DNA of 64,000 nt. It comes from Mayamaea pseudoterrestris. Lineage: Eukaryota. This document shows, one piece after another, positions 55,683 to 64,000 of the stretch. Below the pieces are notes generated by a model that saw only the letters and a program-made list of their open reading frames with translations, had not been told where the DNA came from and did not search any database. Numbering within the stretch: position 1 is the first letter of the stretch; the number at the start of each line of letters is the position of its first letter. The stretch is taken from contig BROI01000008.1 in the NCBI GenBank assembly GCA_027923505.1, positions 992,001-1,056,000 of the forward strand, in the 5' to 3' direction. A program made the translations under genes and the position numbers.

Positions 55683-55943
55683 ATGACCAAGCACACAAGC
55701 ACTGCCTCGGAGGATGTCTGCGCCGACGCGCTTGTAGCAACAACATCCGTCATTCAAGACAACAAGGCTCCAGACAGCTCAACGGCTCGTTCTATCTGCC
55801 ATCATCATCGGCCGCCACTCACCAAGCAACGACTCATATCCATTATTGAAGAAGCCCTCGAGGTGCTGGATAATGTCGACGACGAAGATTTTCTTTATCC
55901 ATTGCCATATGCCATGGGGCATTCCTGCAACCAAATGCAATAA
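55683..55943 (+). CDS. Possible small protein
   Basis: ATG in a good context; amphipathic helix RLISIIEEALEVLD. Confidence 0.4.
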   Translation: MTKHTSTASEDVCADALVATTSVIQDNKAPDSSTARSICHHHRPPLTKQRLISIIEEALEVLDNVDDEDFLYPLPYAMGHSCNQMQ

Positions 55944-56685
55944 GGCGAGACACAGTCCAGCCCGTCTGTACATTTACAGTTTTGATGGTCAAGTGGCACA
56001 CAGCTCACACAGATGCCATCAGGTTTGATGATGATGAAATGGTCCACTCAAGTTAAAGAGGGGGCCATAACCATCACCAGCAACCGCATGAGCTATAGCA
56101 ACTACATTTATTTTAAGTCCAAATAAAGCGTTATTTCCCCGGTAACAAATTAATATCATATGTATCCATCACTTTAACCAACCATTACAAAGCTTCCACC
56201 ACCCGCCTCTATAAAGAATTGAAACGTTGGGTGCTTGCAGCCTGCAAGCTGCTCACTAGCTCGCATCCACAATGCCGACAAATTTTTTTAACGTGCCAGC
56301 TGCTGCGAGCAAGCAATGACTCTTGACAATTTAGCTGACGACCGAAACGCCGAGGGCTATATGTACATATCATACATAACGATCAATGAACTCGTGAGTT
56401 CATCGACTCGAAGAACACTTACAATTAGTACCGGTACGAATGCGAACGTGTTTTGGAACAACCTGTGCAAGTATCGGGAACTACCGGTCGCTACTGTACT
56501 AATCTGCTCCCGCAAAGAATCAACCAATTGTTAAAAATTGTGCAAACACTAGGAAACATATATGTTTCATTACAGAGGTCTGCATACTACAAGATCGCAC
56601 CTCAAATTCACATCGACCATCGCTGGAAATGGCTTCAAACGCGATACGACTACACTGCTTCACGAGCAGCCCCCTCCTGCTATTA

Positions 56686-57806
56686 TTAATCAACCACAAC
56701 CCACAGCTTCCTCGTCGTATCGATCACGTCCCAGTAGCCAGACCATCCCTTTGGTAAGACGACAGTGTCGCCCGTCGTGCATCGTTGGCCTCGTCCGTCT
56801 TCACCCGACAACACAAAGGTTCCATCCAGGACGATAAAACACTCCGTCTTTGGTAATGAATCAATAAAGAATGATCCTGGCGTACAAGCCCAGCAGCCAA
56901 CAGTCGTTGGACCAACGTGATAGAGTCGTCCAGATGTCTATTATGTTCTCACCTGCTCAAGGCAGGAGGAGCCATTCTGAGATAGCAGTATAAATATAAA
57001 CGTCTCGTTATTTATTTATTTATTTATTTATTCGTCCTTGGTTCACCATGAACTGCCTCAGGCATGAGTCCTTGCTGCGTCAAGAATTCCGGTGCCAAGT
57101 CGTCGTATGGCGTCACAATAGCCCGCATGGGATAGCCGGTATCTTCAATGCGCTCGTGCTTATTGACGAACCAGATCTTGTGCAAATCCTCTAACACATC
57201 CCATCGACCCGACCAACCTTTTGGCAAGACCACTGTATCGCCTGCTTTGAATTCGTGCGGCTGACCATCAGTATCCGTCACACATCCACGGCCCGACAAG
57301 ACGAAAAAGACTTCTGTAGATACGCGCTGCGCTGGTGATGGCCATCCGCCCTTGGAGCACCACCAAGATCCAGTGGAAAGTGTTTCGCCAATGGAAACAA
57401 GTTCACGAGTAGCGTCGTGTGGATTTCCGTTATCGGCATTCTTGCGGGGTCCCTTTGGCTTCAATTTGTCAATCTCAAAGTATGACAGCTTGGCGTGCGA
57501 AAAGACAGGGTTTTTGGAGTCGCTGCCGCTGCTGCTGCTGCTGGCATCAATATTGTTCTCTTTATACTGCTGATTGGTGCTAATCGACGTGTCCTCGGCT
57601 GGAGGAGAAATTCCATTGACCTTTGGCTCTGGAGCCGCTGCATAACTCGCAGGCTCCATTCTTGTGAACGAAGGTGCCGCGTTATTCAATCTGGAGAGGG
57701 ATGAGAGGTAATCCGTCGACGAGACGACGCTCATCGCGTTCGAAGGAGCGATGAGGAGGGCTGAGAAAAGTGCCCCACTCGATATGAACTTTTCAATCGT
57801 CATCAT
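56686..57806 (-). pseudogene. Tandem two-domain cupin (Cupin_3/DUF861-like) gene interrupted by a 95-bp insertion
   Basis: Domain 1 ends ...AGDTVVLPKGWSGRWDV. Removing 56938-57032 joins GEPRT|TSGRLYHVGPTTVGCWACTPGSF...TGDTVVLPKGWSGYWDVIDTTRKLWVVVD* in frame. Confidence 0.85.
56938..57032 (+). mobile_element. Short (TATT)n-tailed retroposed element, copy 2
   Basis: Near-identical to the 29795-29882 copy; ends in ~6 TATT units; interrupts the cupin reading frame. Confidence 0.85.
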
Positions 57807-58093
57807 GAGCGATCCTTAGCTTCTCAATTTTTACTAAGCGTCTCTATAGTCTCAAGAGGCAAGCAAGAAGAATCTTGGTTGTCTGCTTGCTTGTTCGATT
57901 GATTTGATGGGCGAATGATGTCGATCTTTCGATTGGAGCCGCACGCGAACAGTGACATCAGTGACGTTCGCCGTGCGCACTTCGTGTCTTTTCAATGCTG
58001 CGATAGACTAGCTAACATGACAGCGGCAGGCGAAAATGACGACATGATTGTGACATGGAAAACTGTAGATGTGCATTCGTACTACTACCGTTG

Positions 58094-60217
58094 CTATGCT
58101 GTTATTACGTTACGCCATGCTTTTGGAAATATCTCATCAGGTATGCCGATGGAATGCCTAAACACATTCGTTTGGTGCAAGTCACTCGTATACGGTTTGT
58201 CAAGAAACAGCAACGCCTCTCGCGGAACATTATCCAATTTGCCGACAAGGTCATCCGTCTCGTCGTTCCACATGATGGTTGTAAATAGATGCTTCCCCGT
58301 GGCGCGATCTTTTCGAACTCGCATGTTATCACACCGATACAGCTCGGCACTGTTGCTTGAAAACATGTCGTAGACCCATTCCTCCAACGTTCCCGCCTTC
58401 CAATGTCTCTTCCACACGTTGGGTTGTGAAGCAAAGACTCCGTAGCAATACAAGTCTACATTGTCATACTTTGACGACCGCTTCGAAAGTAGTTCATACT
58501 CGGTTGGTACCCTCGCCTCTTGGTTTAGCGCTTGGGCTGACTTGTAACGGTTCGCATTTCGAAGGGGTTTCCAGTGAGCCACATGCGCGTTCCATGCTTG
58601 CTCCCAGTCATTGCCATAGTCTAGAAAGAGCTCCTCGTTTGGTGCCAAGTCACGCAGTGCAACGAGTTCAAACGCAAGCTTGGCCGTCGAGTCCTTTCCC
58701 AAACTCTCCAAGCTTTCGTTGAGAAGTCCTGGATGATGATTTCCCTTTTCAGGATCAGACCATTGCAGCTTGACATTCGCCAATGTCTGGTTGTGATTGA
58801 TATAGTTGACGATTGGGCCGTACGGACAAAGTACCAGCGTGCTTTCGGAATGCCCATAGCAGTAGTTGGTCAGTAGCTGCTTGTTTGCCAGGCCCAGGCG
58901 GCGATCTGGTCGATTAAGTTCGTCCATGTGGTACATTTCCAACACTGACTTGTCGAGAATGTGAATGAGCGGGAGCTGCGCAATAATGGTGCCATTGGGC
59001 AGAAAGCGTCGCGTGAATGCGCCTCGGCCGGCTTGTGGTATGGTGGATGGTTTCGCCTCCAAATGATCCGCGCATGTTCCATGCTTGGCTAGCCAAGTTG
59101 GTGATCTGATTCCTTGCTTGATGCGCAACTCTGTCAAGGTGATATTTTGCTTCTCTAGCAGTTCTAGCTCCTCTGGATTGTCGTGATGAAAGCCTCCAAT
59201 TACGCGCGAGTTTATGTAGGATGTATTTCGAACTAGCAAATCCCATAGTTCCTGGAGTACCGACGGAGGAACGTTGCCTTGCTTTGTCAATGATTGCTTC
59301 ATGGCGGAATAGCTTTGGAACAAGTCGTTCGCAAGATTCAAATCATCAGCTAGCGGTATTGGTCCAAGGAAAGGTCGAAATTTGAACCACTCCTCGCCGT
59401 AATCAACAAAGAACTCCTCTCCCGCCGAAATATCTCTCATGGCCGTTGCTTTGCGATTGTAGTAGGGTGTAAAGGCACCAGCGCCGGGGTCTTTGGAGCT
59501 ATGCAAGCCCAAGTCGTTTAGCAATGGGTTCCATTCGCGCACATTGGCGACTGGTAGAAAGGAGTTGGCCGCCGCACCAAAGCCGGGGCAGGCAACTTCC
59601 ACCTGATGGTGACCAAGGTTGAACATGTTCATAAAGGATGCTGACCAAGTGTACTCGTCGTGTAGAAATTTGAATGGGTGTGGATGATGGTATCTGAGAT
59701 CGATGATTGGAATGGCAATGTCATTTTCAAGCGTTTGGCCTTGCTGAAAGTCTTGGCCGGCAAACATGCCGAGTCCGGCGCCTTTAATGGTACTGGGAGC
59801 GACCCAAATGCCACATTTTGGCTCATTTTGATCATTGTTGTCGTGTAATTCAGTTACAGTCATGGTAGCGTCAACTTGTACTTCATCGTCGTCGTCGATA
59901 TATTCTTGAAAATTGTCATCGTCGAATTCGTCGTCGTCTGCAAAGACTTCGTCTCCTGGAGGATAACCATCATCGTCTTCAAAGTCATCCTCGTCATCAT
60001 ATTCATCCTCCTCGTCGTAACTGGTTTGTTTCTGATGGATGGAGTGTGCAGTTGCTTCGCCCGCTGATGTAGGTCTCGATCTCGCAGCCGACTCGCCCGT
60101 CAATGCGTCAATTTCAACTTCCTGAACAGTTGTTTGAGCGAAACAGCAATTTTGATTGATACATGCTATAGCAATGGCGAGCATAAGCAGTTGACGATAT
60201 CGATTTGGCGAAAGCAT
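58094..60217 (-). CDS. Secretory-pathway protein with two SET domains (diatom BacSET-like methyltransferase)
   Basis: Signal peptide and acidic linker; SET 1 PSTIKGAGLGMFAG...GEEFFVDYG; SET 2 PSTIPQAGRGAF...YINH...NEELFLDYG. Confidence 0.8.
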   Translation of the reverse strand: MLSPNRYRQLLMLAIAIACINQNCCFAQTTVQEVEIDALTGESAARSRPTSAGEATAHSIHQKQTSYDEEDEYDDEDDFEDDDGYPPGDEVFADDDEFDDDNFQEYIDDDDEVQVDATMTVTELHDNNDQNEPKCGIWVAPSTIKGAGLGMFAGQDFQQGQTLENDIAIPIIDLRYHHPHPFKFLHDEYTWSASFMNMFNLGHHQVEVACPGFGAAANSFLPVANVREWNPLLNDLGLHSSKDPGAGAFTPYYNRKATAMRDISAGEEFFVDYGEEWFKFRPFLGPIPLADDLNLANDLFQSYSAMKQSLTKQGNVPPSVLQELWDLLVRNTSYINSRVIGGFHHDNPEELELLEKQNITLTELRIKQGIRSPTWLAKHGTCADHLEAKPSTIPQAGRGAFTRRFLPNGTIIAQLPLIHILDKSVLEMYHMDELNRPDRRLGLANKQLLTNYCYGHSESTLVLCPYGPIVNYINHNQTLANVKLQWSDPEKGNHHPGLLNESLESLGKDSTAKLAFELVALRDLAPNEELFLDYGNDWEQAWNAHVAHWKPLRNANRYKSAQALNQEARVPTEYELLSKRSSKYDNVDLYCYGVFASQPNVWKRHWKAGTLEEWVYDMFSSNSAELYRCDNMRVRKDRATGKHLFTTIMWNDETDDLVGKLDNVPREALLFLDKPYTSDLHQTNVFRHSIGIPDEIFPKAWRNVITA

Positions 60218-60551
60218 GACTTGCCAATGTACGATGAAGCGGCTGAAACAACCGCCATGGTGTGCATGCTGCAGGTGCAAAAGGATTCCCATGTCGCAAT
60301 GAGATGCATTTTCATTCCCGCCGCTCTGACTAGACGTCGTTCCGCGACTAACTCGGACAATTTTTCAGGATCACCATGGCGGGCGCCGAGCTGTCACACT
60401 CACTGCCTTCCTTCTCCCTCCTTTTAACATCCATCTGCATTCTGACATTGCTCGATTTCGCGCTATCCTATCAATTTTAAGCTGGTAAGAAAAGATTAAC
60501 TCGCCAGCAACGCAAACGATCGCAAATACCAGCGAAAAGGTTGCATCGGCA

Positions 60552-62118
60552 ATGAATTCTTTCGCCGCCTCTTCATCCGACTTCAATTCATCATCATCAA
60601 CAGCAGCAGCAGCAGCAGCAGCAGCACCATCCGACCGCTTCGCCTGGCACGAGGAACTCCGCGTCTATGAAGCCAAGCGAAAACTCAAGTATTCATCCAA
60701 ATTGGATAGCTGCCAGTTATACTACAAATCGCATCGTCAGCTACTCGAGGACGGTGTCAACGAAACAAAGCGAGCGCATCGATTGACGCTTGGATTGGCG
60801 CAGGCGCAAAAGATTTTGGCCAATAGTTTGCGGACCAAAAAACATGTCAAACGAACGAGGAAGAACGTAACGAAACTTGGCTTTTTGGATAGCTTGAACG
60901 AGTCGACGGACGCAATCAAAACATGCTTTGTCGAGTCGTCGCATCAAGTCATGCAAGTGGATGAAAAGATTAAAGCTCTCATCCAGGAAATAATGGATGG
61001 CATTTTGCATCTCACGGAGCGTGGCAAGAGTATACTTGAGTTGATGGAGAAGACGCAGAATGATACGACTGACGCTTGGGGTAAGTAGGGGTCACGAGAG
61101 TGAGAAGCGTTGTTGTCGCCGTTTGGCCAGAAGGTAGTAATTTTGTCGCACAATGGTCTAACCCTCACGCTTGTTCAACAATCGCCCAGACGCTTACTAT
61201 GAGTCTGTGAAAACGGTGGAAACTGCTGCGAATCCTGCTCTACTGGCATCGCCCAATCTTCGCACCTCTGCGGCACCGTCCGCTACCACAGAAGTCAAGA
61301 CGGATCCATGGCTCGCCGAACTCACGTATCGCTCTCGCGTCCAGTTGCAACTGACAACCTGGGAGACGGCGCTCGAGCAGTTATCCCGACTATTTTCACA
61401 GGCGCAACAGCTAGAATGTCATCGACGTACTCAGTTGCGCGAGTACATGATTGACATGTGGACGCAGCAAGGAAACACCATGCAGGCGGCGGAAGCTTCA
61501 CATGAAGCGCCACTGGTAGACTGGGGTGCCAAACCCACTGCCAAGGAGGAAGTGGAGATGGATGTAAAGGAGATTATTGACAAGCTGTCTCGGGCGGTTG
61601 AAGGTTTGGAAGATGTGAACGATGACAGCATCCACACTCATTTTGACACTGCTTTGGCCGAGCAAAACGTTCGAGACACCAAAGATGTGCAGCCACTTTC
61701 GGATCGACTGAGCGTATTTGGCTTTTATGAGGACTTGTTCACAACAGGCCTCCATAGCGATTACGTCAAGCACGTCTCCGTGGTAGAAGTCATCCGCAAG
61801 ACGGACATTCTTCGCAGCAATTACGCGCTGTGCGTAGTTACGATCGATGCTATGATGCACTTATTTTGGCTTCAAAAGAAGCCTGATACGCCTGAAGAAG
61901 CATTTGGGATCATTAGCAGTCGGTTTGAAAGCCATGAGCATGAAGGGACCTTGCTGCAACCTGACGAGACAATTGCCCTTACCGCTGCAAAGGCATCTGC
62001 CAGCGCAACCGGAAACAAAGTTGATCTCTCGACGTCCAAAAAAGTAATCATGAGTCTTATCTCTGCCACGCGAGAAGAACAAATGATGCTTTGCGATGCA
62101 TTGGGCGGTGGGGAGTGA
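60552..62118 (+). CDS. Hypothetical protein with helical (BAR-like) N-terminus and PH-like C-terminus (intron 61082-61189)
   Basis: In-frame GT-AG splice; coiled helices followed by the beta-rich CVVTIDAMMHLF and a terminal helix. Confidence 0.5.
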
Positions 62119-62310
62119 ACGACATTTGATCGGACGAATCGCTCCTTGAATCAGAGTTAGGACTTGACGGCAGATGACTCGCAGGCCGTATTTGCCAGCA
62201 GCAAGCTTGTTGAGTAAACAATTTTAATGTAACATATTTATAAATGCGATCTATAAAATAAAAGAACATATATACGATGTTGTTGCTTCATGCGACAACC
62301 AAAATCGAGG

Positions 62311-64000
62311 TTAACCTCCGCCCCTGGCAGCGATGGCTGCCATCAAACCGCCACGACCGCCGGCGTCGCCTCCACCGCGACCTTTGATCGCATCCAAAAG
62401 GCCTCCTCTTCCAGGCGGGCCACCGCCTCCACGACCACGCCCTTGTATTGCATCCATGAGTCCACCGCGGCCACCTCCTGCTTGCCCTCTTCCCTTTATA
62501 CCATCCAGCAACCCGCCTCTTCCACCTTGTCCTCGACCCTTGATTCCATCCAACAATCCGCCCCTTCCTCCTCCACGCCCCTTGATGCCGTCCAATAGGC
62601 CGCCGCGTCCAGGGGCGCCAGCTGGAATACCTGGCGGAGGTGGAGATGAAGGAGAGTCGTCAGCAGCCTCATCGGCGGCACTCTTTCGTTTCTCCTCGAC
62701 CTCCTTCTCGATATCGGCAATAGTTCGAAGTTTGCGAGATCGATCCGACCGCTTAGCTTGCAAATTTACTAACACCTCAAGGTTCTTGTCGTGAAGTTCG
62801 TTGAACATTCCTTCAAGCAGTTCAATTGTTTTCGCAATACGTGTGTCATAAATGGCAAGGTCTTTCATGCGCATTCGAATGAATGTAAAGAATTGCTGTG
62901 TCAATTCAATAACCTCCTCTGACAGACTCGCCTCAACTGAACTACGGATGTCAGGCTTGTCGCCTCCGGCTTTCTTCTTTCCAGATGTCTGCATGCCCGA
63001 GCGCTGGGCGAAATCGAGTGTCATCAGCTTTATTTCGTTGATTGTCTCGGTAAAATTGGCGATTTCCTTAGTTTTGTCAGCGTCACTCTGGTTTGGTCCA
63101 CCATTATCAATCTTAAATTCAATCCAGCGAATCAGTGCGTGTTCCATCTTGTCCATGGCTTCATCCATCGACTCGCAGCTTCCATTCGCTTTCGACACCT
63201 GCAGAAGCTTGCCCTTATAGTGCTTCTTTAGCAAATCTGCACGCTCGTTGGCCTTCTTCTCGCGCGCAAGTTCACGGGCCTCGGCCATCGCCTTTGCTCC
63301 GGGATCATCAGCGTCGGACTTTGTCACGTTCGAAATCTCATACTCGGCAGCATCCGTCCATCCATAATCGCTTCTGTAGTCTGGCATAAGATCAGCCTTG
63401 CACGGGCATTGTTTTCCAATGAGAGGACATCCAACATCCGGATTCTCTCGAGTTGCGTAAGGATGATTGTCTGGTGGACCATACTGTGCAATGTGACGGT
63501 CAAACGGCGCAAGATTTTCTTTGAAGTTGTTCTTCATCATTTGGTACCAAGTCCATTTCCTTTCGCTCATTTTCTCAGCCTTGTTCTTCTCCCACCGGGG
63601 ACCGAGGACACGCAAATGCGAATACAATGCGCGACGTTCTGTCAATGTCAAACCGGTGACGCGCATATTTTCAAGCGTCGAAGGATGCATTCGCTCAATA
63701 TCGTCCGGGTTAAGGCGAAGTATCTGGAGCACATTTGTTCTTTTGAACTTCTTTGCAATAGCCGCAGGCAGAAATTTGCCATTTGGCGATGGATTGCCAG
63801 TCAATTCTGCTTCGCTCATGCTGCGGATGTTGACAGGCATATGGCGCCGAATCATCTTAAGTGCTTCAAGATTCTTGGGGGCGTTCTCTGCCTCCCACTC
63901 CTTCTCTTTTCGATCCTGTTCGGCTTGATATTCCTCGGAAATCATCAATGCAGTGTTGTAACGTTCCATTTCTTGCTCAAGTTTAAAGTATTCCTCTCGC
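62311..64000 (-). CDS. 5'-partial protein with poly-Pro and six WH2-like GRGGLLxxIxxRG repeats
   Basis: ORF open to the window edge; the C-terminal repeats are visible directly. Confidence 0.75.
   Translation of the reverse strand, partial: REEYFKLEQEMERYNTALMISEEYQAEQDRKEKEWEAENAPKNLEALKMIRRHMPVNIRSMSEAELTGNPSPNGKFLPAAIAKKFKRTNVLQILRLNPDDIERMHPSTLENMRVTGLTLTERRALYSHLRVLGPRWEKNKAEKMSERKWTWYQMMKNNFKENLAPFDRHIAQYGPPDNHPYATRENPDVGCPLIGKQCPCKADLMPDYRSDYGWTDAAEYEISNVTKSDADDPGAKAMAEARELAREKKANERADLLKKHYKGKLLQVSKANGSCESMDEAMDKMEHALIRWIEFKIDNGGPNQSDADKTKEIANFTETINEIKLMTLDFAQRSGMQTSGKKKAGGDKPDIRSSVEASLSEEVIELTQQFFTFIRMRMKDLAIYDTRIAKTIELLEGMFNELHDKNLEVLVNLQAKRSDRSRKLRTIADIEKEVEEKRKSAADEAADDSPSSPPPPGIPAGAPGRGGLLDGIKGRGGGRGGLLDGIKGRGQGGRGGLLDGIKGRGQAGGGRGGLMDAIQGRGRGGGGPPGRGGLLDAIKGRGGGDAGGRGGLMAAIAARGGG

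Noticed and set aside
55940..56070. Faint cupin-like words on the minus strand
   Set aside because: Needs several frameshifts; the real second cupin domain is intact at 56686-56937.

Overview
Eukaryotic genomic DNA, most likely a pennate diatom, judging by short GT-AG introns, bipartite plastid-targeting peptides, a CoDi-like Ty1/copia element and a BacSET-like gene. The window has two parts. Bases 1-16,000 hold two genes and tRNA-Ala(CGC), then a decayed Ty3/gypsy integrase relic and a ~12.3-kb tandem array of ~73 169-bp monomers. The array is strongly CpG-depleted, has three inverted repeats per monomer, carries mirror-image layers of older monomers on both edges and shows local higher-order duplications, which makes it a candidate centromere or heterochromatin domain. 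Bases 16,000-64,000 are gene-dense (~30 genes including RPL23, calreticulin, NF-YC, SSB, VIT1, HemD, ADAT3 and a double-SET protein). This part contains an intact 5.2-kb copia element whose primer-binding site is complementary to its own LTR rather than to a tRNA, suggesting self-priming. It also contains two copies of a ~95-bp (TATT)n-tailed retroposed element, one of which splits a two-domain cupin gene. All gene models, splice sites and family calls were made by eye, without database searches.
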